From Candidatus Latescibacterota bacterium (GTDB taxonomy: Bacteria; Latescibacterota; UBA2968; UBA8231), in the NCBI GenBank assembly GCA_965203175.1, contig OZ241867.1:4768001-4832000 (forward strand): DNA of 64,000 bases, in the 5' to 3' direction. The position numbers and the translations under genes are program-made. The first letter of the stretch is position 1, and every line of letters begins with the position of its first letter. Below, one piece after another: positions 9,535-19,307 of the stretch. The notes beneath the pieces are model-generated. The model saw nothing but the letters and a program-made list of their open reading frames with translations. It was not told the origin of the DNA and did no database searches.

Positions 9535-9720
9535 GGGATTTTCCTTTCAAAGCAGGGTGTCGGCACAGGATCGGGTGCCTTGTTGAAGGACAAATGGATA
9601 CCTATATCTTTTACGAACATGGAAGTGGATCCGAATCTTCACTGGTAAGATAGTTTCACCTTAACCAGTACTCCAGTCTTCAGAGTCCGCCACACTGCCA
9701 CTACCGAGAGGCTGCCGCAA

Positions 9721-11298
9721 ATGACTGACCGCAATAGCCAAAAAAAGGCTCCCAGACGCCGCCCGCCCCGCATTCGCCTAAACGCGGGTGCCTGGAGTCC
9801 GCTAATTGACATGATCGACGTCTTTCCAGGACACCGTGGCTCCAGTCGGCACGGAGAATTGGAGCTCTACGACGCTCCGCTTGGCATCCGCTTTGAGATC
9901 GAGGAGGCCGTTAAGTCCGAGCCGATCCTGCAGGCGACCATGGAGTGGGAAGGCACCCACGTCTCGCCGCTCTACATCTGGCAGCGGGACGGGCGCTATC
10001 ACTTGCTCTACGACAGCGGAGGAGGCCAGTGCTACGCGGTCAGCGACGATGCGTACAACTGGACGCGCCCCGTCCTGAACGAGGTCGAATTCAACGGCTC
10101 GTCCAACAACAACCTGCTTGCCAACTCATGCAAAGGAGCTACCGGCATCTTCGAAGACCCCAACGCACCTCCCGAGGAGCGCTTCAAGGCGATGGGCGGC
10201 CGCATGTACTGGTGGGATCCAGACACCGGCGAAGAGCTATCTGAAGAGGAGCCGTCCCGACGCATCAAGGCGGAACAGGAGCAAGAGAACTACACCGGTC
10301 CCAGAGCCGAAATCACGGGCCACATGCTCGCCTGGACATCACCCGACTGTCTCCACTGGACACCCTTCCCAGAGCCGCTGGCGCACCGGCCGGTCAACGG
10401 CGGCATATCGGCCCGTTACGACGAACACCGAGGCAACTACTTCGCTTACATCCAGCTAATGGGCTACCCCACCGAACTGCTCGAAGGCATTGGCGTCAAC
10501 AGACTCGAACAGGGCATGCAGATCCGCACGATCGGCTTTTCGCGCACTGACGACTTTGCCAACTGGCCCGCTCCAAAGCTGATCCATCACCCCGATACCG
10601 AAGACCCGCCCGACATCAGCTTTTACGGCGCCAATTACTTCCCGTACCCAGGCCGCGACGACCTGCACGGCATGTTCATCCCCATATACCACCAGATCGC
10701 CAGCACCATCGACGGGCAAATCGCCTTCAGCCGCGACGGCCTCTACTGGTCCCGTCCCGAGCGCCGGCCAATCCTGCCGCTGGGCGCCGAGGGAGACGGC
10801 GACGAATGCATGGCCCACTTCTGGCGCAGCGGCCTCGTCGAGCTGCCCGATGGCTACTGGGCCTGTCCATACGCGACCTTCTCAGTCATTCACGATTGTC
10901 CAGCCGACAAGGTGCCCGCGCTCTTTCCCTTGCGGCAGCCGCAGCAGATTCGCTGGGCGCGCTGGCGACCGCACCGGTTCTGCGGGATACGCGCCAGCGC
11001 CGAGGGCTGCTTCTCCCTGCCTTCCCTCTTCCGCGTCCACGACGAGCTGCGCCTCAACTATCGCTGCGAGCCGGGCGGCTGGATTCAGATTGAACTGCTG
11101 GAGAAGTTGCCGTCGCTAATGCTCCCCGATACCGACCCACTGCCGGGGTTCACCTTTGACGAGTGCGACCGTCTAACGGGTGATTGCGAAGACCGGGTAG
11201 TAACCTGGCAAGGCCGCTCCGACATCTCCGCGGCCGGCGAGGCCGTCGGCATCCGGGTGCGCATGCTCGGCGCCAAACTGTTTGCCTATCGCGTCTAG
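9721..11298 (+). CDS. Hypothetical beta-propeller glycoside hydrolase-like protein (GH32/43-like)
   Basis: Asp-box-like motifs SDDAYNW, SPDCLHW, TDDFANW, SRDGLYW; C-terminal beta-sandwich ending KLFAYRV. Confidence 0.65.
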   Translation: MTDRNSQKKAPRRRPPRIRLNAGAWSPLIDMIDVFPGHRGSSRHGELELYDAPLGIRFEIEEAVKSEPILQATMEWEGTHVSPLYIWQRDGRYHLLYDSGGGQCYAVSDDAYNWTRPVLNEVEFNGSSNNNLLANSCKGATGIFEDPNAPPEERFKAMGGRMYWWDPDTGEELSEEEPSRRIKAEQEQENYTGPRAEITGHMLAWTSPDCLHWTPFPEPLAHRPVNGGISARYDEHRGNYFAYIQLMGYPTELLEGIGVNRLEQGMQIRTIGFSRTDDFANWPAPKLIHHPDTEDPPDISFYGANYFPYPGRDDLHGMFIPIYHQIASTIDGQIAFSRDGLYWSRPERRPILPLGAEGDGDECMAHFWRSGLVELPDGYWACPYATFSVIHDCPADKVPALFPLRQPQQIRWARWRPHRFCGIRASAEGCFSLPSLFRVHDELRLNYRCEPGGWIQIELLEKLPSLMLPDTDPLPGFTFDECDRLTGDCEDRVVTWQGRSDISAAGEAVGIRVRMLGAKLFAYRV

Positions 11299-11319
11299 AA
11301 TCTTCGACCCGCCCCTTTC

Positions 11320-13158
11320 TCACTCTTCGGCCAGTCCCATCAGCCGGCGACCGACGTCCGTGAGGCGATTCGGTGTCCAAGCCGGCTCCCAAGTCAATTC
11401 AACAACGACAGACCGGACGCCCGGTAGCTGTTCCAGCCGCGCCCGCAGTGGTTGGGCAAGGAAGTTGTACTTTGGTCGCCCACGGTGCGGCATCGTCATC
11501 ACCACGCGAACGTCGTTGCCGTGCGTGCGCACATCGTAGATGTAGCCCATGTCCACTAGGCTAGCGTCCACGGTGTTGAACTGGTCCTCGCGAACCTCCC
11601 GCATGGCTTCCCACAGAGCGCGCTTCCGCGGCCAGTCAGCGGGGCGCTCGCCAATACGAGCTAGGGGTTGGCCCCCTTCCGATGCCTCGTCGATCCAGTC
11701 CGCAGGTGCGGGCACGTCCACCGCGACAATCAGAGGAGACAACAGTCGCTCGCGCAGCGCTTCCAGCCCAACGGCACCGCCCTGCTCAGGGTATGGTGCC
11801 AGCAGGTAGGCGTTGCGCTGCACGAGGGACAAGCCGGTCTGGAGCCAAGCGCTGTCGCGCAGCATGGGCCGGCACCAGACCGACGCGTGCGGCGGCTGGC
11901 CCGGCTTGGCATGGTCGAGGGTGACGTCGAGGTGCTGATAGAGCTTGGCTTTTGACGTCGCCTCCGGGCCGGCAGTGGGCGATCCTTCGAGGTGATGGTC
12001 CAAATAGATAGCAAATAGGCTGTCCCGGCTCTGACGATGGTAGAAGCCCACGCCCCAGACGTGGTCGATCTGCTCCGGCGGCACCGGCCCCTCGTGGACG
12101 CGACCGGCTTCATCCATCCACAGGGACGCGTCGAAAGGCCGGCCGCCGAAGTACCACTCGTCATCACGGGCCACATGCGCACAGAAGTCGCGTGTGGCCT
12201 CCATCCGGCCATCCTTCAGGAAATAGGGGACTCCGGCGTAGAACGTATAGGTCAGGTCCATGAAAAAGCGGCTGGGCGTGAATAGCGGGTGTACTGGACT
12301 GTGGGGGAAGCCAAAACGCCGCACACGGACGCACAAGGGACCGCGTACCACTTCGTAGTGGGGACACTCGGCCCAGTTTGTCACCCGCATTTTCTGAAAG
12401 GCACCAGCCGTGGTGTAATCGTGGGCCCAGTCGATATTGGGTGGCTCGCCGTGGCCGTTCCCGTGCGTGGACAACCGCAGCCCGCCTAGGTGCCACTTGG
12501 GGGTCAGAGACTCCAGTTGGCCCATCTGCCGGGAGAGGGCGGCCACGTAGTGGGGGGTCTCGATCTCCACACCGACACCCTCTCCCCTGATGCTCAGGCG
12601 GCTCGGGTAGTCGGGCAACTCGGCGGCGGGGTTGCCGCAGAAGATGAGAAACACGGCCTGACCAGCGGCGGGGACGTCGGCCTCGAAGACCAAGTGGGCG
12701 AACCAGTATGGACCGCGACGGACCGCGCCATAGACTTGGCTGCAAACCTCGCACGGCCGGCCGCTGTCGAGCCGGGCGACACGCAGCTCGCGTTCCGGCG
12801 CGGTCACCCTTTCCGCAGGCATCGCCACGAGGAGGTCCAGCGGCTCGGACTGCCGCGCTTGGCCGATAGGCTCCCTGAGCCGCACGGTCTGGCACAGCTC
12901 CCAGCCGTCGGCCCATCGGGACCAGGGCTTGGGTAGCTGCTCAGTCAGGTGCCACCCGGTGGCGGGCAGGTCAACAGGCCCTGGGTCTGCACGTAGCATG
13001 CGCTCGTTGGCGATGGTGTCCTTGATGGAGTCGGCCACGCCCAGAGCCAACTCGTGGTTCCCTGTGCGCAGCGCCCGCCGCAGAATCTCGACCTTGGTAT
13101 CGACATCATCGGTGCGGTGGGCCCAAGTGGGTTCAAAGTCTTGCGCGTCGGCGGCCAT
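11320..13158 (-). CDS. Large hypothetical protein with C-terminal DUF59/MIP18 (Fe-S assembly/PaaD-like) domain
   Basis: C-terminus EAMREV...SLVDMGYIYDV...VVMTMP...VVELTWEPAWTPNRLT matches DUF59; GGAGG RBS before ATG 13158. Confidence 0.75.
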   Translation of the reverse strand: MAADAQDFEPTWAHRTDDVDTKVEILRRALRTGNHELALGVADSIKDTIANERMLRADPGPVDLPATGWHLTEQLPKPWSRWADGWELCQTVRLREPIGQARQSEPLDLLVAMPAERVTAPERELRVARLDSGRPCEVCSQVYGAVRRGPYWFAHLVFEADVPAAGQAVFLIFCGNPAAELPDYPSRLSIRGEGVGVEIETPHYVAALSRQMGQLESLTPKWHLGGLRLSTHGNGHGEPPNIDWAHDYTTAGAFQKMRVTNWAECPHYEVVRGPLCVRVRRFGFPHSPVHPLFTPSRFFMDLTYTFYAGVPYFLKDGRMEATRDFCAHVARDDEWYFGGRPFDASLWMDEAGRVHEGPVPPEQIDHVWGVGFYHRQSRDSLFAIYLDHHLEGSPTAGPEATSKAKLYQHLDVTLDHAKPGQPPHASVWCRPMLRDSAWLQTGLSLVQRNAYLLAPYPEQGGAVGLEALRERLLSPLIVAVDVPAPADWIDEASEGGQPLARIGERPADWPRKRALWEAMREVREDQFNTVDASLVDMGYIYDVRTHGNDVRVVMTMPHRGRPKYNFLAQPLRARLEQLPGVRSVVVELTWEPAWTPNRLTDVGRRLMGLAEE

Positions 13159-13385
13159 TAGTATCTCCTCCAAGTAAGAATTTTACTGCATTCGCCTTTT
13201 CCAATTGTATTGATGCCATAGCGGATAGTGTATTATATGAAAAAGGCGTAAGTTTTAAAGCAATCCTAGCCGCTTAGAACCAATATTCGCGGCAGTACAC
13301 ACCCGCAAAAATCATTGGGCCGGTGTCTTGCGCTGGTTTGACTGACGGCTCGCCAATGAAGCAGCTTCCAATCCCCAATTCACCC

Positions 13386-14531
13386 ATGCCCCTCACCTTC
13401 CATTGCTCCGCCTGCCAGGCCTCCTATCCCCAAGCTCCGGCCCCCTACCGCTGCCTCGCCTGCGACGCACCCCTCGAATGTCGGTCCCCCACCCCAACCT
13501 TCCCCCTCGACCAGATCGCCGCTCGCCCCACCGACATGTGGCGCTTCCGCGAAGCCCTGCCCCTGGTGGGCGACTCTGTCTCTCTCGGCGAGGCCCGCAC
13601 TCCTCTAATTCCCTTTGATCTAGAGGATATGACGGTTCTGGCCAAATGCGACCACACCCTGCCCACCGGCTCGTACAAGGATCGCGGGGCCGCCCTGCTT
13701 ATGAGCTATCTACACGCTTTGGGCATAGAAGAAGCAGTAGAGGATTCCTCGGGCAACGCCGGGGCCGCCCTAGCCGCGTACGCGGCCCGCGCCAAGGTGC
13801 GCCTCAAAGTCTTTTGTCCGGCTTCGGCTTCTGCGGGCAAACTGGTGCAGATCCGCCTGTACGGTGCCGAACTAGTTCCGGTGGAAGGACCACGCCCCCG
13901 GGCCACCGAGGCTCTGCTCGAGTACATCGACCGCACTGGAGCCGTGTACGCTTCGCACCTGTGGCATCCCCTCTTTATAGAAGGCCTCAAAACCCTAGCC
14001 TTTGAACTGGCCGAGCAACTCGACTGGACCGCACCCGACGCAGTGGTCTGTCCGGTGGGAGCCGGCAGCATCTTACTCGGCCTGCACCGCGGCTTCCTCG
14101 ACTTGCAGCGGGCCGGGCTAGTCAATCGCCTGCCGCGCCTCATTGCCGTCCAAGCCGAACACGTCTCGCCGCTGTACCAAGCCTTCCACGCTGGCTTAGA
14201 CGTAGTCCCTCCCGCCACTTCTCCACGCCCCACCCGGGCCGAAGGCATTGCCCTACCCCGCCCAGTTAGAGACCGCGAAGTCATCAACGCCTTGCGCCAG
14301 TCAGCAGGTACCGTAGTCGCCGTCTCCGAAGAGGCCATAGTCCGGGGTCTGCGCCAGTTGGGCCGGACCGGTTTCTGCGTGGAGCCGACTTCGGCTGTGA
14401 TATGGGACGGCCTGCGCCAAGCCCGGGCTGCCGGTCTGGTGGAGCCGGGCCAGCGGATTGTGGCCGTGCTTTCAGGTCACGGCCTGAAGGCGGCCCAACC
14501 CATCGGCGAGATATTAGCAAACGGCCAGTGA
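13386..14531 (+). CDS. thrC: Threonine synthase (PLP-dependent, Zn-ribbon N-terminus)
   Basis: CxxC...CxxC, PTGSYKDRG PLP lysine motif, DSSGNAG, PVGAG, EPTSA, LSGHGLK. Confidence 0.85.
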   Translation: MPLTFHCSACQASYPQAPAPYRCLACDAPLECRSPTPTFPLDQIAARPTDMWRFREALPLVGDSVSLGEARTPLIPFDLEDMTVLAKCDHTLPTGSYKDRGAALLMSYLHALGIEEAVEDSSGNAGAALAAYAARAKVRLKVFCPASASAGKLVQIRLYGAELVPVEGPRPRATEALLEYIDRTGAVYASHLWHPLFIEGLKTLAFELAEQLDWTAPDAVVCPVGAGSILLGLHRGFLDLQRAGLVNRLPRLIAVQAEHVSPLYQAFHAGLDVVPPATSPRPTRAEGIALPRPVRDREVINALRQSAGTVVAVSEEAIVRGLRQLGRTGFCVEPTSAVIWDGLRQARAAGLVEPGQRIVAVLSGHGLKAAQPIGEILANGQ

Positions 14532-14614
14532 ATTAGTTTATCTCCACAACTCCACAATAAATAATAAGTTAGAGATCATCCTCAAGGGGGATACACTGCT
14601 CCCTAAAAAAAGTC

Positions 14615-14655
14615 TTGACTTATCCATTGCAATATTGTACTATCTAAATAGTATA
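14615..14655 (+). promoter_or_regulatory. Sigma70-type promoter with overlapping YtrA-type operator
   Basis: TTGACT (14615-20), 17 bp spacer, TACTAT (14638-43); imperfect palindrome TGTACTAT-CTAA-ATAGTATA (14636-55) covers the -10 box, upstream of the GntR gene. Confidence 0.7.
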
Positions 14656-14706
14656 CTGTTACGATAGGACAAAAAATGAAAACCACAATCAGAAAGGAGT
14701 GCGAAG

Positions 14707-15078
14707 ATGCCGATCGATTTTGATCCCACTCGCCCTATCTATCTGCAGATCATCGAGGCGGTGAAAAAGCGCACCGCTCAAGGGATCTATCAGGCCGGAG
14801 GCCCTTTGCCGTCGGTGCGGGAAATGGCCAAGGAGATGGGCGTGAATCCCAATACCATGTCTAGAGCCTACATGGAATTGGAGCGCGAAGAATTCATAAC
14901 CACCCGACGCGGCGAGGGATCGTCGATAACCGAGAGCGCCAAACGCATCGACAGCGAGCGCCGCACCCTAGCTGGGGCTGCGCGTGACCGCTTTGTCGCG
15001 GAAATCCGCGACTTGGCCCTCTCACGCGAACAAATCGACGACCTGCTGCGCGAAATTTCAGAGGAGGTGACACAATGA
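14707..15078 (+). CDS. GntR family (YtrA subfamily) transcriptional regulator
   Basis: PIYLQI...LPSVREMA..MGVNPNTMSRAYMELE..FITTRRGEG; short protein heading an ABC operon. Confidence 0.93.
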   Translation: MPIDFDPTRPIYLQIIEAVKKRTAQGIYQAGGPLPSVREMAKEMGVNPNTMSRAYMELEREEFITTRRGEGSSITESAKRIDSERRTLAGAARDRFVAEIRDLALSREQIDDLLREISEEVTQ

Positions 15079-15764
15079 TAGAAGTAAAGAACCTGTGGAA
15101 GCGATACTCCGGCGTGACGGCCCTGGGGGGCATCTCCCTAACCATCGAAAAAGGCCGGGTAATGGGCATTCTCGGCGAGAATGGCAGCGGCAAGAGCACG
15201 CTCTTCAAAATCCTCGCCGGCGTCGCCCACGCCAGCGAAGGCAGCGCCAGCATCTCGGGTCAACCGGTCGGCGTGCAAACGCGCCGCATCACTTCGTACC
15301 TGCCCGAGGTCAGCCCGTTTTACGACTGGATGCTCGTCAGCGAGCAACTCGAATTCCTAGCCGCGTTTTTCCCCGGCTGGGACATGGACAAATCTCACGA
15401 ACTGCTCGGCCTGATGAACGTCGATAGCCACCGGAAGATCGGCACCCTATCCGATGGTCAGCGGGCGCGGTTAAAAGTAGTAGCCGCCTTTTCGCGGCCG
15501 AGCGAGTTGGTGCTCATGGACGAGCCGCTGGGACGGATCGACCCGCCGTCGCGTCGGCGCATCTTGGAGACCTTGCTCAGTGAGTTTCGCGTCGGGGAGC
15601 AGACGATTCTGATATCGACCCACCTCGTCAGCGAGGTGGAAGAGCTGATAGAAGAGGTGGCCTTCTTGCGCCACGGCGAAATCGCAGTCAGCGGTAATAT
15701 CGAAGAATTGAGGCAAAATCGCGGCATGTCGCTCAGCGACATTTTCGAGGAGGTGGTAGCATGA
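15075..15764 (+). CDS. ABC transporter ATP-binding protein
   Basis: GENGSGKS Walker A, LSDGQ signature, LMDEP, ISTH; ATGA overlap with the GntR gene. Confidence 0.95.
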   Translation: MIEVKNLWKRYSGVTALGGISLTIEKGRVMGILGENGSGKSTLFKILAGVAHASEGSASISGQPVGVQTRRITSYLPEVSPFYDWMLVSEQLEFLAAFFPGWDMDKSHELLGLMNVDSHRKIGTLSDGQRARLKVVAAFSRPSELVLMDEPLGRIDPPSRRRILETLLSEFRVGEQTILISTHLVSEVEELIEEVAFLRHGEIAVSGNIEELRQNRGMSLSDIFEEVVA

Positions 15765-16546
15765 ATACTTGGAAGACGCTGTACATAAAGGAAATAAAGG
15801 ACAACCGCACCCTGTTCGTCTTGCTGCCGTTGGTGACGGTCTTTCTCGAACTCGTTGCGGTGCTGTCTTTCGACGACGGGCAGGACCCTTCGCTCCACTT
15901 CCTGTGGAGCTTTGTTCCCTATGCGTTTTTACTGATCCTGCCTTTTGTGCTCAGCCACTCGTTCGCCCAAGAAGTAAAAGGGCAGACCCATTATCTGCTC
16001 CTCTCCCTGCCAGTGTCGCGCACGCAGATCTTAGCGGCCAAAGCTGCGGCCGTGGCGACCCTCGGCATCGTCTTATTCGCGTTGAGCAGCGCCGGTTTCA
16101 TCGTCGTTGTCGGCGAACTGCACTTACTCGCACTCGAGGCGAAGAAAACGTCATCACATGCACTACATTTCGTTCCCCTGTTCAGCGACATCGCAGTGGA
16201 CATCCTAATTATCAGCGGAGTGTTCTACCTATCAGCGATGGCAGTGATGCTGGGCATTGCCGGCGGGGCCTCCGGCCTGAAGTTGGTGGTGCGGCGCTTT
16301 GCTGGCCTCGCTTCTACCGCCTTCGTCTTAGGCGTGTTGTACTTCTACTTTAGCACCCTTCCCGATGTGCTCGACTTGTCCGGCGCGCACGAGGTACTCT
16401 GGTTCGACCGCGATTCTGACGAGCCGATAGGACTAAACTCGGAGTCTCTCAAGCTCAGTTTCATGTTCCTCGGGTACTCGGTCTTCGTCGGCCTAGCATC
16501 CATGGGAATCGGGATGTGGCTGTTTGAAAAGCGGGCCGAAGCCTGA
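15761..16546 (+). CDS. ABC-2 type transporter permease
   Basis: Multiple TM segments, KEIK N-terminus, E..G...LLSLPVSR..IL.AK motif. Confidence 0.88.
   Translation: MNTWKTLYIKEIKDNRTLFVLLPLVTVFLELVAVLSFDDGQDPSLHFLWSFVPYAFLLILPFVLSHSFAQEVKGQTHYLLLSLPVSRTQILAAKAAAVATLGIVLFALSSAGFIVVVGELHLLALEAKKTSSHALHFVPLFSDIAVDILIISGVFYLSAMAVMLGIAGGASGLKLVVRRFAGLASTAFVLGVLYFYFSTLPDVLDLSGAHEVLWFDRDSDEPIGLNSESLKLSFMFLGYSVFVGLASMGIGMWLFEKRAEA
16511..16546 (+). repeat. Direct repeat copy 1 (last 12 codons of permease)
   Basis: GGGATGTGGCTGTTTGAAAAGCGGGCCGAAGCCTGA, 34/36 identical to 17482-17517. Confidence 0.9.
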
Positions 16547-16657
16547 ACGTAGTCCAAATATATCCAGCCTCGCGATCTGAGCAGGAGGACCTGATTGGAT
16601 AGTTGCGATAGCTCTTACAGAAGCAGCAATCCACACTCTTCCACCAAGGAGGACATC

Positions 16658-17467
16658 ATGCAACCCTTAGCCATTCGCATCCTATATGTCGCCCTGATCG
16701 CCGTCTATAGTGGCGTCTCCAGCGCAGCGGCCGTCGAGACCAAGTACCCGCAGGGCGGCTTTGAGCCCCGCATCGACAAATTCCAGGGCTTGCAGGACTA
16801 TATTCACACCGTGGAGAAGATCGAGGTCAAGGCCGGACCCAAGTTGTGGAAGGCCATCGAGTCTATTCCCGTCGCGACGGGCGTCCCCATCACCCCCGAG
16901 CAAGAAGCCGATCTGCGCGACTGGCTCTACGACTTTCTCGTCGCCTTCTCCGCCTCGGGCAATGACAGCCTCGCCGCCGAGTTTTATCTGCGCGAGGGCG
17001 TCAACAACCCCAGGGCCTTAAAAAACATGGAAGAGACCCTAGCGGATTGGGGCATCGCAAAAGGCGATACGCCCTCTGACCTCTTCCGTGCTATGCACCG
17101 AGCCGTACTCGACGATCAAGGTTATGAATACCGCTTTGGCAATGCCTTCTTTCGCCACAGTACGTTCAAGGTGTTCGAGATGCAGGGCCAGTACGAGCGC
17201 TATCGGTCGTACCCGAGGAACGTTGTCAAGGCCAAGTTCAAATTGCAGCAAGAGGTTGAGACGGCGCTGCGAGCCGGCAAGAAGCGGGTCTTCACCGACA
17301 TCGCGTTTGTCACCGAAGAGCCAGCCGAGTTCGCCGGGTCGGAAGACCCGATCTGCACCCCCTTCTTTTGCCGGCTGGTTTGGGATCCCGAGCGGGCGAT
17401 GTGGCGCTTTGTAGAGGTCTTCTACACCTCCAAACTGCCGCACCCTTTCTTGTTTTCGGCCATATAA
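16658..17467 (+). CDS. Secreted hypothetical protein, inserted between the 36-bp direct repeats
   Basis: AAGGAGG RBS, ATG 16658, signal peptide MQPLAIRILYVALIAVYSGVSSAAA; no family recognised. Confidence 0.75.
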   Translation: MQPLAIRILYVALIAVYSGVSSAAAVETKYPQGGFEPRIDKFQGLQDYIHTVEKIEVKAGPKLWKAIESIPVATGVPITPEQEADLRDWLYDFLVAFSASGNDSLAAEFYLREGVNNPRALKNMEETLADWGIAKGDTPSDLFRAMHRAVLDDQGYEYRFGNAFFRHSTFKVFEMQGQYERYRSYPRNVVKAKFKLQQEVETALRAGKKRVFTDIAFVTEEPAEFAGSEDPICTPFFCRLVWDPERAMWRFVEVFYTSKLPHPFLFSAI

Positions 17468-17481
17468 CCGGCCTTGAGACT

Positions 17482-17517
17482 GGGATGTGGCTATTTGAAA
17501 AGCGGGCCGAAGCCTAA
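17482..17517 (+). repeat. Direct repeat copy 2 (orphan permease 3' end)
   Basis: GGGATGTGGCTATTTGAAAAGCGGGCCGAAGCCTAA; overlaps the stop codon of the convergent PhyH gene. Confidence 0.9.
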
Positions 17518-18407
17518 GCAGATCGCTTGCGCTCGGCCCACGTGCGGCGTTTGCGGCGGTGCAACGCAACATCGTCGCGGTAGGAGTCGGGGTCGCGGTC
17601 CAAGCCGGTCTCGCGGTCGAGGAAGAGCGGGAAGTCGGACGCCGGGGGTTTGGCGTTGTGATACGCGTTGGTGTAGGAACGCATGATGATGCGCTGTTCG
17701 CGGTTGAGCGTCTCAAGCCAAGCAGGATCGGACTGGAGGCGGTCGGCTGGAGTGACCCAAGCCGGGCAGTAGGCGTAGAAGATATTCTTGCGCACCACGT
17801 CGCTCTCGTTGGGCTCGACGCGATGCCAGATGCTCGAGTGCATAAAGGTCATGGTGCCCTTGCGCAGGCAGACCACCCGCTCGCCCGGGATCGACTCGTG
17901 GCTATCGTACTCATCGACGTATTGCTTGCGGTGGCTGCCGGGCAGGACCACTAGGTTGCCCATCTTGGCCCGCGGCAGGTCGGTCAGCCACAAGCCGATC
18001 TTGATTTGCAGCGGCAATTCGGGCGAGAAGGTGCCATAAGGCACGGCGCGGGCACCATCGGGATGCCAGAGATTGTAGCGTTCGCCGCCGGGCGGACGAA
18101 TAAAAAACTGGCTCTGATGCAGCTTGAGCAATTCGCCGAAGAGGTCGTAGGCGTAGCCGATGTGGCGAGGGTGATCAATGAGCGCGGCAAAAGCGGGATC
18201 GCGCTCGACGATATTTTGGCAGCCAAAGGTCTCCCCCGCCCGGTATTTGGGGCTAGATTGGCAAACGCGATCGACCGCGGCTGTGAGTTCATCAACGGCC
18301 TCTTGGTCGAGGGCATCTTCAAAGAAGAGGATCCCCTCGCGGTTGAAGGTCTCCCACTCATCCTCGGTAAAGCCGGGCGGGGCGATGCGGTAGGTGGAAT
18401 CGGTCAT
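17514..18407 (-). CDS. Phytanoyl-CoA dioxygenase (PhyH) family Fe(II)/2OG dioxygenase
   Basis: F.REG, WHPD, LTD...GNLVVLPGSH, WHR; start at MTDSTY. Confidence 0.9.
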   Translation of the reverse strand: MTDSTYRIAPPGFTEDEWETFNREGILFFEDALDQEAVDELTAAVDRVCQSSPKYRAGETFGCQNIVERDPAFAALIDHPRHIGYAYDLFGELLKLHQSQFFIRPPGGERYNLWHPDGARAVPYGTFSPELPLQIKIGLWLTDLPRAKMGNLVVLPGSHRKQYVDEYDSHESIPGERVVCLRKGTMTFMHSSIWHRVEPNESDVVRKNIFYAYCPAWVTPADRLQSDPAWLETLNREQRIIMRSYTNAYHNAKPPASDFPLFLDRETGLDRDPDSYRDDVALHRRKRRTWAERKRSA

Positions 18408-18527
18408 GGTGGAGGTTCCTGTGTGAAAGGTTGGAAAAAATGGCCTCTTTATTTCCAATTCTTCTTCTTTTTTGGAATTATTGATTCCAAAATATCATTT
18501 AACAAAGCCGATCCACTAGCTGGATAG

Positions 18528-19274
18528 CTATGCGCGGCGCTGGTACGCAATGGCGTAAAAAGCCTGCGATCGGCCGCTGCGGTTTGGCTCGCTGCGGTGC
18601 CAGGTGTAATTGCTGAAGAACAGTCCGTCTCCCGGCCTAGTGGCGATTAGCTTCTCTTGGGCAAAGTCCACTTGCTCCAGAGGCACGCGATGGCGTTTGA
18701 AAGGCTGGAAGCCATCGTCGCCCACGTGGCCCATGGGTGGATCGTCGTAGTACGATTCGTGCTCGATGAGCTGCCAACCCTGGTGGCTGGCCGGCATCAC
18801 GGCCAAGGCACTGGCTTCTATCCCGACTTCCGTCAAAGGAATCCAGCAGTTGCACCCCAACTCTGGCGCTATTTTCCAATAGAACGAATCTTGGTGGAAA
18901 TAGCTACACCCCCCCTGCTCTTCGACGATCGCAGCGTGCTTGACCCCTATTTGATCAGTAAAGCGCTCCACTGGCCCTCCCAGCAAGGCCGCCATGACTT
19001 CGGCCAAGTGCGAATGATCGGCGATCCGCGCGAACACCTCCTCTTGGCTGGCAGGCTGCTGAATGCCGCCCGGCAGCGGACTGCCCCCGGCGGCTTTATA
19101 ACGACTTGGATCGAGCACTTGGAAATGCCTCTCCGACCAGTCGGGTACGTCCACGGCTATTTCCATGGTGCGCTGGCGTGCGACCTCAATCAGATCGTCC
19201 GGGATCAATTCTTCGACTAGGCAATAGCCTTCTTCGCGGTATTGCCGCAAATGCGTCTCTGTCGCTAAAACCAT
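18528..19274 (-). CDS. PhyH family dioxygenase
   Basis: YREEGY, FHQD, CWIPL, VMPASH, PGD..F..WHRS.PN.S. Confidence 0.9.
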   Translation of the reverse strand: MVLATETHLRQYREEGYCLVEELIPDDLIEVARQRTMEIAVDVPDWSERHFQVLDPSRYKAAGGSPLPGGIQQPASQEEVFARIADHSHLAEVMAALLGGPVERFTDQIGVKHAAIVEEQGGCSYFHQDSFYWKIAPELGCNCWIPLTEVGIEASALAVMPASHQGWQLIEHESYYDDPPMGHVGDDGFQPFKRHRVPLEQVDFAQEKLIATRPGDGLFFSNYTWHRSEPNRSGRSQAFYAIAYQRRA

Positions 19275-19307
19275 AATTTTCTCCTCCCGCGAGTTATGCG
19301 TCTGGCC

